Shown: positions 39,269 through 48,470, numbered from the stretch's first letter. The stretch is DNA of 64,000 nucleotides from an uncultured Chloroflexia bacterium (GCA_963697415.1 CAVONW010000003.1:2106706-2170705), one strand, 5' to 3'. Notes: generated from the sequence alone by a model not told the origin. Translations and numbers: made by a program.

Positions 39269-40114
39269 ATGCGCCGCGTGATCGTTGCCGGGAATTGGAA
39301 GATGCACTCCACGCCTGCCGAGGCGGGTGAGCTTGCCCGGACGATCGCCGCACGAACGCGCGTGGACGGCGTGATCAGGATCCTGTGCCCGCCGTTCGTG
39401 TCCCTGGGCGCTGTTCGTGATGGGGTCACGGACCCGAAGCTCGACGCCCCCGACGGCAGCGGGGTATGGGTCGGAGCGCAGAACATCCACCACGAGCGGG
39501 CCGGTGCCCACACCGGGGAGATCTCGGCGCCGATGCTCGCCGGCCTCGCGAGCTGGGTGATCGTGGGCCACTCGGAGCGCCGGAGAGACGCGGGCGAGAC
39601 GGACGCGCAGATCGCCGCCAAGCTCGCCGAAGCGTGGTCGGCCGGCCTCCGCCCGATCCTGTGCGTGGGCGAGGTCCTCGCGGATCGAGACGCGGGTCGA
39701 GCGGAAGCAATCGTCGAGGCGCAGCTCCGCGGTGCCCTGACGGGAGCCGTGGTTCCTGCCCGGGACGCGGCCGGCCCGAACCTGCCGTGGCTGACCGTCG
39801 CATACGAGCCGGTCTGGGCGATCGGGACCGGCCGGAACGCGCGCGGATCGGATGCAGCCGCGATGGCGGGCGCCATCCGCCGGACACTCGACGGTCTCGG
39901 CCTCGCCGGTGACGCGATCCCGATCCTGTACGGCGGCTCGGTCACCTCGGCGAACATCGACGAGTTCCTCGCCGAACCGCAACTGGACGGCGCGCTCGTC
40001 GGCGGGGCGTCGCTCAAGGCCGACGAGATGGCGGGGATCGTCGCTCGAGCCGGGATCACCGCGGCCGCACGAGGTGCCGCCTTGCGCCCGGGCTCCCGCC
40101 GCGACGCCCGGTGA
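39269..40114 (+). CDS. tpiA: triosephosphate isomerase
   Basis: MRRVIVAGNWKMH.., ..IVGHSERR.., ..AYEPVWAIGTG.., and ..ILYGGSV. Confidence 0.9.
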   Translation: MRRVIVAGNWKMHSTPAEAGELARTIAARTRVDGVIRILCPPFVSLGAVRDGVTDPKLDAPDGSGVWVGAQNIHHERAGAHTGEISAPMLAGLASWVIVGHSERRRDAGETDAQIAAKLAEAWSAGLRPILCVGEVLADRDAGRAEAIVEAQLRGALTGAVVPARDAAGPNLPWLTVAYEPVWAIGTGRNARGSDAAAMAGAIRRTLDGLGLAGDAIPILYGGSVTSANIDEFLAEPQLDGALVGGASLKADEMAGIVARAGITAAARGAALRPGSRRDAR

Positions 40115-41691
40115 GCCGGACGCTCGATCGCCCGCGCCCCATCGTCCTCGTCATCCTCGACGGCTTCGGGCTGGGACGTGATCCTGCGGCAGACGCCATC
40201 CTCGCGGCGCAAATGCCCGCCTGGCGGGCCCTGGTCGCGCGCTGGCCGCACTGCGTCCTGGAGGCATCCGGGACGGCGGTCGGCCTGCCGGCCGGGCAGA
40301 TGGGAAACTCGGAGGTCGGCCACCTGAACCTTGGAGCAGGCCGGCCGGTGCTCCAGGATCTGCCCCGCATTGATGCCGCGATCGAGGACGGCTCCTTCTT
40401 CGAGCGACCTGCCCTGATCGCCGCGTGTGACCGCGCCCGGGAAGCCGGCGGCCGGTTGTCGATCGTAGGGCTCATCGGACCGGGCGGCGTCCACGCCAAT
40501 GACCGGCACCTCGTCGCGCTGGCATCACTGGCCGCACGCCGCGGGGTCCCCGCGGTCCGGGTCCACGCCCTCCTGGACGGCCGCGATACCCCGCCTCGGT
40601 CGGCGCTCGGCTTCGTGGCCGATCTCGAGACGCGTCTCGCTGGAGCGCATCCGGACGCCAGGATCGCCTCCGTCGGCGGTCGCTACTACGCGATGGACCG
40701 GGACAAGCGCTGGGAACGGATCGAGATCGGGTACGACGCGATCGTCCATGGAGTGGGGGAGGCCGCACCGACCGCCGGGGAGGCGATCGCGCGGGCCTAC
40801 GAACGCGGCGAGTCGGACGAGTTCGTGCGGCCGGCGGTGATCGACGGTGCCGGAGGCCGGCTTCACGACGGTGAGCCGGTCGTTCACCTGAACTTCCGGG
40901 CCGACCGCGCCCGGCAGTTGACGCACGCGCTCGCGGATCGCGAGTTCCGGGAGTTCGACCGAGCAGCGCCGGACGGCTCGCCCGCCCCACGGGATCTGGC
41001 GGTCACGACGATGACCGCGTACGAGACGGGCCTGCCGGTGGGAATCGCCTTTCCTCCCGAGGAAGCTCGTTCCCTCGCGGACGCATGGTCGGACGCCGGG
41101 TGGCGCCAGCTTCACGTTGCGGAAACCGAGAAGTACGCCCACGTCACGTACTTCTTCAACGGCGGCCGAGAGGCGCCCCATGTCGGCGAGGACCGGATCC
41201 TCGTTCCGAGCCTCAAGGTTGCGACCTACGATCTCCAGCCCGCGATGAGCGCGGTCGGGGTGACCGACGCGCTGGTCGGCGCGATCGAGGCAGGCACGTA
41301 CGACGTGATCGTGGCCAACTACGCCAACGCGGACATGGTCGGCCACACGGGCGACTGGAGTGCCACCCTCCGGGCGCTCGAGACCATCGACGACTGCCTG
41401 GACCGGGTGGCGCGTGCCGTCGCGCTGGCCGAGGCGGCAGATCCGGTGGGCCCCGGATCGATCCTGGCCATCACCGCGGACCACGGCAACGCCGACCAGA
41501 TGCGTGATGTGGCCGGCGATCCGATGACGGCTCACTCCCTGAACCCGGTGCCGTTCCTGCTGGCCGGCCGCGCCGTCGACGGCCGGCAGCTCGCCGACGG
41601 CGTCCTCGCCGATGTCGCGCCGACGCTCCTGGAGCTTGGCGGGTTGCCGTCCTGGCCAGAGATCACGGGGCGTTCCCGCCTGCGGCCCTGA
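40111..41691 (+). CDS. gpmI: 2,3-bisphosphoglycerate-independent phosphoglycerate mutase
   Basis: PIVLVILDGFGLG..., ..NSEVGHLNLGAGR.., and ..TADHGNAD. GTGA overlap with tpiA. Confidence 0.9.
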   Translation: MSRTLDRPRPIVLVILDGFGLGRDPAADAILAAQMPAWRALVARWPHCVLEASGTAVGLPAGQMGNSEVGHLNLGAGRPVLQDLPRIDAAIEDGSFFERPALIAACDRAREAGGRLSIVGLIGPGGVHANDRHLVALASLAARRGVPAVRVHALLDGRDTPPRSALGFVADLETRLAGAHPDARIASVGGRYYAMDRDKRWERIEIGYDAIVHGVGEAAPTAGEAIARAYERGESDEFVRPAVIDGAGGRLHDGEPVVHLNFRADRARQLTHALADREFREFDRAAPDGSPAPRDLAVTTMTAYETGLPVGIAFPPEEARSLADAWSDAGWRQLHVAETEKYAHVTYFFNGGREAPHVGEDRILVPSLKVATYDLQPAMSAVGVTDALVGAIEAGTYDVIVANYANADMVGHTGDWSATLRALETIDDCLDRVARAVALAEAADPVGPGSILAITADHGNADQMRDVAGDPMTAHSLNPVPFLLAGRAVDGRQLADGVLADVAPTLLELGGLPSWPEITGRSRLRP

Positions 41692-41791
41692 GGCGGGAGG
41701 TCGCGACGCGCGTCGGGCCCTGGCCTCGTCGGGTCACCGCGCGCCGACCCTGTGCTAGGATCCGTCGTCGTTACGCAGGAGGTCTCGCCCC

Positions 41792-42022
41792 GTGAATCCC
41801 GCTCTGGCCGTGGGCCAGCTCATCGTCTCGGCCGCTCTTGTCCTGTCGGTCCTGCTTCAGGCTCGCGGGTCCGGCCTGTCCGGGGCCTTTGGCGGTGATT
41901 CGTCGGTCTACCGGAGCCGCCGGGGGATCGAGCGACGGCTGTGGCAGTTCACGATCGCCCTGCTGGTACTGTTCGTGCTGTTCTCGATGGCGTCGTTCCT
42001 CATCGACAAGACCGGGGCGTAG
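41792..42022 (+). CDS. secG: preprotein translocase subunit SecG
   Basis: 76 aa with two TM helices; a small membrane protein downstream of tpiA/gpmI, the conserved secG position in actinobacterial genomes. Confidence 0.75.
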   Translation: MNPALAVGQLIVSAALVLSVLLQARGSGLSGAFGGDSSVYRSRRGIERRLWQFTIALLVLFVLFSMASFLIDKTGA

Positions 42023-42058
42023 CCGGCCGCCAAGGCGGCCGTTCGAGGGCCGTTCGCG

Positions 42059-43795
42059 ATGCACCTTCGCGACCGTGCAGTCATCGGTCTTCTCTCGCTG
42101 GTCCTCATTGGACTGGCCGGCGCGGTGGTCGCCCCATCTCTGGGCCCCCGCGGGCCGGGCGACACCCCCGCTCCGAGCCTCCTCGTCCAGCACCCGTACG
42201 TAGAGGGCATCGTCGGGTCCGCGGTCTCCGTGAGCCCCTTCAGCGCCCAGTCGATCGCCGAGCGGCAGATCTCGGCGCTCCTTTTCAAGGGCCTCGTCCG
42301 CCTCGGGGCAGATGACCAGGTCATCGGCGACCTGGCCGAGCGCTGGGAGGTCGATGCCGACGGTCGTGCCTGGACATTCCACCTCCGGCCCGACCTTGTC
42401 TGGCAGGACGGGGAGCCTCTTACCGCACAGGACGTCCTGTTCACCGTGGGTGCCCTCAGCGACCCGTCATACGGGGGACCCGGAGCCGCCTCGTGGCGAG
42501 AGGTCAGCGCGACGTCTTCCGATCCGCTGACGGTCACCCTGACGCTCGCGACGCCGCTGGGAGGTTTCCTCGAGGCCGCGACACAGCCGATTGCGCCGGC
42601 GCACCTGCTGGCCGGCATTGCGCCCGCAGACCTGCCCGGTGATCAGTTCGGACGCCACCCGGTAGGATCGGGGTCGTTTCGCCTGGCCGTGCTAGACGAC
42701 GCCCATGCGCTCCTGGTGCCACACGTCGCCGAGCCCACGCCAGCCGGACCCGAAGGCCCACTGCCATCCGCTCCCGCGCCGACGGACTCCCTCGCCACCG
42801 CAGCGCCAAGCGCGCGCGCCGGCGGGCCCTTCCCGTACCTGGATGGGATCGAATTCCGGTTCTTCAGCGACACGGGGGAGCTGATGTCCGCCTGGAACGT
42901 CGGCCAGCTCGATGGCGTCGCAGGCCTCTCGGCAGACGAGGCGTCGGCCCTCGTGAGTGGAGGCAGTGCCCGGATCCTGCGGTACCCATCGACCACGCTG
43001 TTCGAGGTCCTGCTCAACCTGCGGCCGAGCCACCCGGAATTCCAGGACGCCACAGTCCGAAAGGCCCTCCTGCAGGCGATCGATCGCGACACGATCGTAC
43101 GGGTCCTCCTTGGTGGGCTTGCCACCCGCGCCGACTCGCTGATCCCGCCGACGAGCTGGGCGTTTGACCCGGCCACGAGCGTCCCGGTCAGCTTTGATCC
43201 AGAGGCCGCGAGAGCGGCGCTCCTGGAGGCCGGCTGGAAGGTCGACGACGCCGGTGAGTGGATCGTCAAGGGCGCCAAGGTGTCCTTCGCGATGGAGATC
43301 CTGAGTCCACAGGCCGAGTCCAATCCGACGGCGTTCGCGATCGCCGCCGCGGTAGCGGCCGATTGGCGTGCGATCGGCCTCGGCGCGTCCCACGTCGCCC
43401 TGCCGGGGGCGGAGTTCGTCGGTCAGCGGCTCCAGGCCGGGGACTACGACGCGGCCGTGACCGGGACGACAATCGGACTCGATCCGGACCTGTACCCGAT
43501 CCTCGCGTCGACCCAGGCGACCTCGAGCGGGTCGAACTTCAGTGGCCTCCAGGATCCGGTGCTCGACAAGCTCCTCATCAAGGCCCGTGCGCCCGGCACG
43601 AGTGAGGTTCGCGCGGCCGCCTACGTTGCTCTGCAGGCACGCCTTGTGGAGAGCTCGTACATCCTGCCGGTGGCCTTCCGCGATCTCATCGTGGTGGTCC
43701 GAAATACGCTCACCGGACCTCGTCCACGGCCCATTGGGGGCCCCGGGGATCGGTTTTGGGATGTGCTAACATGGCGCCTCGCCGACGGCCGTTGA
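42059..43795 (+). CDS. ABC transporter substrate-binding protein, family 5 (peptide/nickel type), membrane-anchored
   Basis: N-terminal TM anchor and SBP_bac_5-like length and motifs (..LVRLGADDQVIGDLAERWEVDADGRAWTFHLRPDLVWQDGEPLTAQDV..). No cognate permease or ATPase genes are adjacent. Confidence 0.8.
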   Translation: MHLRDRAVIGLLSLVLIGLAGAVVAPSLGPRGPGDTPAPSLLVQHPYVEGIVGSAVSVSPFSAQSIAERQISALLFKGLVRLGADDQVIGDLAERWEVDADGRAWTFHLRPDLVWQDGEPLTAQDVLFTVGALSDPSYGGPGAASWREVSATSSDPLTVTLTLATPLGGFLEAATQPIAPAHLLAGIAPADLPGDQFGRHPVGSGSFRLAVLDDAHALLVPHVAEPTPAGPEGPLPSAPAPTDSLATAAPSARAGGPFPYLDGIEFRFFSDTGELMSAWNVGQLDGVAGLSADEASALVSGGSARILRYPSTTLFEVLLNLRPSHPEFQDATVRKALLQAIDRDTIVRVLLGGLATRADSLIPPTSWAFDPATSVPVSFDPEAARAALLEAGWKVDDAGEWIVKGAKVSFAMEILSPQAESNPTAFAIAAAVAADWRAIGLGASHVALPGAEFVGQRLQAGDYDAAVTGTTIGLDPDLYPILASTQATSSGSNFSGLQDPVLDKLLIKARAPGTSEVRAAAYVALQARLVESSYILPVAFRDLIVVVRNTLTGPRPRPIGGPGDRFWDVLTWRLADGR

Positions 43796-43822
43796 GCACT
43801 GCAAACCGGCTCGAAGATCCAA

Positions 43823-43909
43823 GCCGAGGTGGCGAAATTGGCAGACGCGCTAGCTTCAGGAGCTAGTGCCCGCAAGGGCGTATGGGTTCAAGTCCCTTCC
43901 TCGGTACCA
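43823..43909 (+). tRNA. tRNA-Leu(CAG), type II, CCA encoded
   Basis: GCCGAGGTGGCGAAATTGGCAGACGCGCTAGCTTCAGGAGCTAG...GGTACCA. Anticodon stem CTAGC/GCTAG, loop TTCAGGA. Confidence 0.9.
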
Positions 43910-43961
43910 CCTCCTCGGAACGCCCTCTCGGATCCTTCGACCACTCGGCGAAACACCTGAT

Positions 43962-44046
43962 GCCCAGGTGGCGGAATTGGTATACGCGTACGTTTGAGGG
44001 GCGTATGAGGCAACTCATCCGGGTTCAAGTCCCGGCCTGGGCACCA
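43962..44046 (+). tRNA. tRNA-Leu(GAG), type II, CCA encoded
   Basis: GCCCAGGTGGCGGAATTGGTATACGCGTACGTTTGAGGGGCGTA...CCTGGGCACCA. Anticodon loop TTGAGGG. Confidence 0.88.
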
Positions 44047-44110
44047 CTACCTTCTCCCTGATTGGCTCCTGGCTGTGCCGCGCCCAGATACGTCCGGTAG
44101 GCTGTGCCGC

Positions 44111-44187
44111 GGGCGGTTAGCTCAGCTGGTTAGAGCGCCTCGCTTACACCGAGGAAGTCACTGGTTCGAGTCCAGTACCGCCCACCA
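44111..44187 (+). tRNA. tRNA-Val(TAC), CCA encoded
   Basis: GGGCGGTTAGCTCAGCTGGTTAGAGCGCCTCGCTTACACCGAGG...TACCGCCCACCA. Confidence 0.9.
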
Positions 44188-44321
44188 CACCGCGATCGGT
44201 CGCGCATCCATGCCACCGCCGCTGCACAGGCGCGGCGAGAGTGCCCTGCTAGACTGGGCGAACCAGTCCAGGTCGCCGGGCCGGCTGCCCGACTCGTCAA
44301 GTAGTCGCTGGAGAGAAGTCG

Positions 44322-44885
44322 ATGGAACTAGTCGTCATCGTCATTGTCCTCGTGGTCCTGGCCGTGTTCGTCATCGGGATCTACAACGGTCTCGTTGGAC
44401 GACGAAACCGGGTTGACGAGGCCCTCGCCCAGATCGAGGTGCAGCTCAAGCGGCGCCATGACCTGATCCCGAACCTCGTGAACGCCGTCAAGGGCTACAT
44501 GGGGTTCGAGCAGAAGGTCCTGACCGACGTGACCCAGGCCCGGGCGAACGCCGTGGCCGCCGGCGCCCAGGGCGTCACGGCCCAGGCGCAGGCGGAGAAC
44601 GCGCTCACCGGAACGCTGCGATCCCTGTTCGCGGTCGTGGAGAACTACCCGGAGCTCAAGGCCAACCAGAACGTCCTGGAACTCCAGGAATCGCTCACGA
44701 CAACGGAGAACCAGATCTCGTTCAGCCGCCAGCACTACAACGCGACCGTGCTGGAGTACAACAACGGGATCCAGACCTTCCCGAACTTGGTGTTCGCCGG
44801 GATGTTCGGGTTCCTGAAGCGCGACTTCTTCGACGCCGAGCCCGAGGCCGCCAACGTCCCGAACGTCGACCTCAGCCTGAGCTGA
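44322..44885 (+). CDS. lemA: LemA-family membrane protein
   Basis: N-terminal TM, then ...GLVGRRNRVDEALAQIEVQLKRRHDLIPNLV...ENYPELKANQNVLELQESLTTTENQISFSRQHYNATVLEYNNGIQTFPNLVFAGMFGF, a LemA signature. Confidence 0.85.
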   Translation: MELVVIVIVLVVLAVFVIGIYNGLVGRRNRVDEALAQIEVQLKRRHDLIPNLVNAVKGYMGFEQKVLTDVTQARANAVAAGAQGVTAQAQAENALTGTLRSLFAVVENYPELKANQNVLELQESLTTTENQISFSRQHYNATVLEYNNGIQTFPNLVFAGMFGFLKRDFFDAEPEAANVPNVDLSLS

Positions 44886-44931
44886 GCGCGGGGCCCGAGC
44901 CCCGCCGCGGCACGACGCCCGAGGCACCAGC

Positions 44932-45909
44932 ATGGCCGCAACCTTCTACGCGCAACAGTCCGCGAACCGACGCAACTCGGTCATCCTCGCGCTGGCCGTC
45001 GTGGCCCTCCTCGGAGTCTTGGGATTCGCGATCGGCTACGCGCTGACGGGTGACCCGGTCGGCGCGGTCGGGACGACGGTCGTGGCTGTCGTGATCGGGT
45101 TCCTCGCCTCGGTCGGGAGCTACTTCGCGGGCGACAAGCTCGTCCTTGCGGCATCGGGAGCGAAGCCCGTGGACGAAACCTCGGCACCGCAGCTCATGAA
45201 CGTCGTCCGCGAGATGACGATCGCGGCCAACGTGCCGATGCCCAAGGTCTATCTCATCGACGACAGCGCTCCCAATGCGTTCGCCACCGGGCGGGATCCG
45301 AAGCACGCGTCCGTGGCGATCACCACGGGGCTCCTCCAGAAGCTGGACCGGGAAGAGCTCCAGGGTGTCATCGGCCATGAGCTGGCGCATGTGCGGAATC
45401 TGGACATCCGGTTCGCGCTGCTGGTCGGGGTCATGGTCGGCTCCATCGCGCTGCTCGCCGACTTCTTCCTTCGTTTCACCTTCTGGGGTGGGGGAGGGCG
45501 CCGCTCACGCGACCGCGACTCGGGCGGCGGAGGGCTCCAGGCCGTGCTCTTCGTGGTGGCCATCGTCCTCGCGATCGTCGCGCCGATCGCAGCCCGCCTC
45601 GTCCAGCTCGCGGTGAGCCGCCAGCGCGAGTACCTCGCCGATGCGTCATCGGTGGAGCTGACCCGGAACCCGGCCGGCCTCGAGCGCGCCCTGGCCAAGA
45701 TCGCCACGGACAAGGAGGTCCTGGAAGTGGCGAATCGGGCGACGCAGCACCTGTACTTCACGAACCCGATCAAGAAGTTCGAGGAGCGCTCGAACTCGAT
45801 GTTCGCGACCCATCCGGCCATCGTCGACCGGATCAATCGCCTTCGCGAGTTGACCGGAGAACGACCGCTCGATCCGGCGGATGTGACCGCGCTCACGGGG
45901 CTGACCTGA
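44932..45909 (+). CDS. htpX: M48-family zinc metalloprotease (HtpX-like)
   Basis: HEXXH motif VIGHELAHVRNLD, a downstream E (..EYLADASS..), and four TM helices. Forms the typical LemA-HtpX pair. Confidence 0.85.
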   Translation: MAATFYAQQSANRRNSVILALAVVALLGVLGFAIGYALTGDPVGAVGTTVVAVVIGFLASVGSYFAGDKLVLAASGAKPVDETSAPQLMNVVREMTIAANVPMPKVYLIDDSAPNAFATGRDPKHASVAITTGLLQKLDREELQGVIGHELAHVRNLDIRFALLVGVMVGSIALLADFFLRFTFWGGGGRRSRDRDSGGGGLQAVLFVVAIVLAIVAPIAARLVQLAVSRQREYLADASSVELTRNPAGLERALAKIATDKEVLEVANRATQHLYFTNPIKKFEERSNSMFATHPAIVDRINRLRELTGERPLDPADVTALTGLT

Positions 45910-46006
45910 CGAGCCGACTTGGCGGCCAAGCGGCGTCTGTGGCGTTTGCCGCCCTCGAAAGGCCCGTGCTAACCTTCGGCACGCCGTCGGGCCGATGGGT
46001 CCGCAA

Positions 46007-46082
46007 GGTCCACCGGGCCGAGATAGCTCAGTTGGTAGAGCACGCGACTGAAAATCGCGGTGTCGCCAGTTCGATTCTGGCT
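46007..46082 (+). tRNA. tRNA-Phe(GAA), CCA encoded
   Basis: GCCGAGATAGCTCAGTTGGTAGAGCACGCGACTGAAAATCGCG...CTCGGCACCA. Confidence 0.9.
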
Positions 46083-46118
46083 CTCGGCACCAAGAACCGG
46101 TGTGCGCAGCAGCACCGA

Positions 46119-46194
46119 GCGGAAGTGGCTCAGTTGGTAGAGCATCACCTTGCCAAGGTGAGGGTCGCGGGTTCGAGTCCCGTCTTCCGCTCCA
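46119..46194 (+). tRNA. tRNA-Gly(GCC), CCA encoded
   Basis: GCGGAAGTGGCTCAGTTGGTAGAGCATCACCTTGCCAAGGTGA...TCTTCCGCTCCA. Confidence 0.9.
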
Positions 46195-46243
46195 TTTCTT
46201 TGCCCGCGAACCCGGGCTGGCCCACCTGGTCCGTCCGATCGGC

Positions 46244-46317
46244 TGCCCCTTGGTCTAGTGGTAGGACAGCGGACTTTGGATCCGTTGGGCGAGGTTCGAA
46301 TCCTCGAGGGGCAACCA
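46244..46317 (+). tRNA. tRNA-Gln(TTG), CCA encoded
   Basis: TGCCCCTTGGTCTAGTGGTAGGACAGCGGACTTTGGATCCGT...GAGGGGCAACCA. Confidence 0.85.
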
Positions 46318-46374
46318 CCTCCCGCGCGGCCCATCCGCACTGCCTATGGCACAATCCGCGGGCTGCGATCCCGA

Positions 46375-46451
46375 GGCGACGTGGTGAAGTGGCTTAACAC
46401 GGAGGTCTGCAAAACCTCTATTCACCGGTTCGAATCCGGTCGTCGCCTCCA
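46375..46451 (+). tRNA. tRNA-Cys(GCA), CCA encoded
   Basis: GGCGACGTGGTGAAGTGGCTTAACACGGAGGTCTGCAAAACCTC...CGTCGCCTCCA. Confidence 0.88.
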
Positions 46452-46534
46452 CGCTTCCCGGTCAGGCCGAGAGTGTTCGCCGGCCAGCCAGCGCCCGCAT
46501 CCCGGCTTCCGCTACGCTGGGCGGGCCGGAGTGG

Positions 46535-46617
46535 CGGAACGGCAGACGCAGCCGACTTAAAATCGGCGGCCCGCAAGGGCTTGAGGGTTCGACTCCCTCC
46601 TCCGGTACAGGTCTGCG
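46535..46617 (+). tRNA. tRNA-Leu(TAA), type II; 3' CCA NOT encoded (followed by CAG)
   Basis: GCCGGAGTGGCGGAACGGCAGACGCAGCCGACTTAAAATCGGC...CTCCGGTA. Anticodon loop CTTAAAA. Confidence 0.85.
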
Positions 46618-46661
46618 ACCGTGCGGCCGCGCGGAGGCCAGAACGTCGGGTCGCCGGCGCG

Positions 46662-47885
46662 TCAGCTGCGCCCGAACAGTCCGCCCAGTCCCTTCGACTT
46701 GCGCTCGTTGGTCACGCTGCCATCGGGCAGGCCCGCGAGGCGTGCGGCGAGGCGTCGAAGCTGCTCCGCCGATGGTGAGCGGGGCGAGCCGTCAACGATC
46801 GGAACGCCTTCGTTGACGCTCTTGAGGAAGCCAAACGCGTCATACGGGATCGTGAGCGCGATGTGCCTCCCGAGCGCCTCTTCGATATCGCGCCGCCGGA
46901 GCAGTTCGCGGGCGAAGATCTCGTTCAGGACGTACGAGGTCTCGGCCGTGTGCGAGCTGCTGCCCTCGAGCATCTCACTGAGGGCATGGACAGCCTTGAG
47001 CGCCGGAAACTCGGGGGTCACGACGATGACGAGATCGGTTGCATGGGCGAGCGCCGCCTCGGCCCGAGAATCGAGCGCGGATCCGGCGTCGACGACGACG
47101 GTCTTGAACGCGGCCGAGGCCGTCGTCAGGAGCGTGACGATCGTCGCGTCGGAGACATAGCTCACGGCGTCCGGCGTGGCCGGCGCGCCGAGCACCATGA
47201 GTCCGGAGCCGTGGCGGTCCAGCGCTGACTGGAACAGCCCGGGATCCCGGAGTGTCACCTCGTCGCGGGCGAGTTGGGCCATGGTCGTCCGCGGCGTGAC
47301 GTTCAGGTGTGTTGCAACCTGGCCGAACTGGAAGTCCAGGTCCAGGATCGCGACCGAACCGGGCATCTGGCTGGCCAGCGAGGTCGCCACATTGACGGCA
47401 ACTGTTGTCGTGCCGACCCCACCCTTCGGCGAGAAGACCGTGATGATCTGGCGCAGGCTGCCATCCCGGATCGAAACGCCGGCATCGGCCGTCGATCCAT
47501 GGCCACGGCTGCGCTGGAGACGAAGCGCGAGCGCTTCCGCTCGGGCATCGAGTTCACGGGGATCAAACGGGCGAGCGACGACGTCATCGATTCCGGCCTC
47601 GAGGAGCTGGATCCGATCCTCGACGTCGTCCGTCTGGGTCACGCACAGGATCGGGAGATCCCTCAGGTGGTCCGAGGCGCGGATGGCATCGCCCGCGTCC
47701 ATGACGTCCTGGATCGGGCCGGCGAGATCGAGGATGACCACTTCGACGGTGCCGGGATCGGGACCAGCGGCGATCGCGGCGCTCACATCCGGTACGACGG
47801 TCGTCTCGAGGCCGGCTGCCTGGAGGGCCTCGGCGACAGTCAGGTCGCCGGTGTTGGAAATCAGGAGAAAGCGACTGCTGGGCAA
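46662..47885 (-). CDS. CpaE/TadZ/Ssd-like protein: N-terminal receiver(REC)-like domain + MinD/ParA-type ATPase with deviant Walker A (KGGVGTTT)
   Basis: N-terminal about 120 aa with a REC-like fold (..VVILDL..PILCVTQTDD..RIQLLEAGIDDVVARPFDPRELDARAEAL). Then IITVFSPKGGVGTTTVAVNVATSLA and ..LDLDFQFGQV.. typical of CpaE/TadZ. No other tad/cpa genes are nearby. Confidence 0.65.
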   Translation of the reverse strand: MPSSRFLLISNTGDLTVAEALQAAGLETTVVPDVSAAIAAGPDPGTVEVVILDLAGPIQDVMDAGDAIRASDHLRDLPILCVTQTDDVEDRIQLLEAGIDDVVARPFDPRELDARAEALALRLQRSRGHGSTADAGVSIRDGSLRQIITVFSPKGGVGTTTVAVNVATSLASQMPGSVAILDLDFQFGQVATHLNVTPRTTMAQLARDEVTLRDPGLFQSALDRHGSGLMVLGAPATPDAVSYVSDATIVTLLTTASAAFKTVVVDAGSALDSRAEAALAHATDLVIVVTPEFPALKAVHALSEMLEGSSSHTAETSYVLNEIFARELLRRRDIEEALGRHIALTIPYDAFGFLKSVNEGVPIVDGSPRSPSAEQLRRLAARLAGLPDGSVTNERKSKGLGGLFGRS

Positions 47886-48038
47886 GGGAGTTCCCTGTGG
47901 TCAAGGTCAGATCGAGGTCCACGCGCCTCGACGGCTGATGAGGATACATCGGGTACGCATGCTAGACTCCCGGTCGGCCTTTCGGTCCCGCGTCCGTTGA
48001 ACAGCGGGGCATACCCATTGGAAGGAGATTGACGGCCC

Positions 48039-48458
48039 ATGCGCCGATACGAACTCATGCTCGTGCTCCGTCCGGACGCGCCGGACGAGCGGATTGCCGC
48101 GATCGTGGATCGCACCACCCGCCAGATCACGGCGGACGGCGGCCACATCATCAAGGTCGCCCCGTGGGGGCGCCGCCGGCTCGCCTATCCCATCGATCGC
48201 CATCGGGAAGGCTCGTACCACATCGTGGTCTTCGAGGGAGCGGCAGGGACCATCGTCGAGCTGGAGCGCACCCTCCTCATCACCGAGGAAGTGCTCCGCC
48301 ACCTCGTGGTCCGCCAGGACAGGCCCACCAAGGCCACCCGGCCCGATGGTGCCGAGGATGACGACGATCTCCCGCCCGTCGAGGACGAGGACGACGATGA
48401 CGGGTCCGAACGGATCGATGAGTCCGAGAGCGATGCGGCCCCCGCCGCGATCGACTGA
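48039..48458 (+). CDS. rpsF: 30S ribosomal protein S6 (acidic C-terminal tail)
   Basis: MRRYELMLVLRPD...RLAYPI..G.YH. GGAAGGAG RBS. Confidence 0.92.
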   Translation: MRRYELMLVLRPDAPDERIAAIVDRTTRQITADGGHIIKVAPWGRRRLAYPIDRHREGSYHIVVFEGAAGTIVELERTLLITEEVLRHLVVRQDRPTKATRPDGAEDDDDLPPVEDEDDDDGSERIDESESDAAPAAID

Positions 48459-48470
48459 GAGGAGACCCCG

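Noticed and set aside
44070-44110. Direct repeat CTGTGCCGCG x2 immediately upstream of tRNA-Val
   Set aside because: It is short (10 bp, two copies) and likely part of the tRNA promoter/-10 region (TAGGCT). There is insufficient evidence for a regulatory role.
43796-47900. Genomic island or integrated element at the tRNA cluster
   Set aside because: No integrase, recombinase, phage genes or direct repeats of a tRNA 3' end were found. LemA-HtpX and CpaE-like are single genes of chromosomal type.
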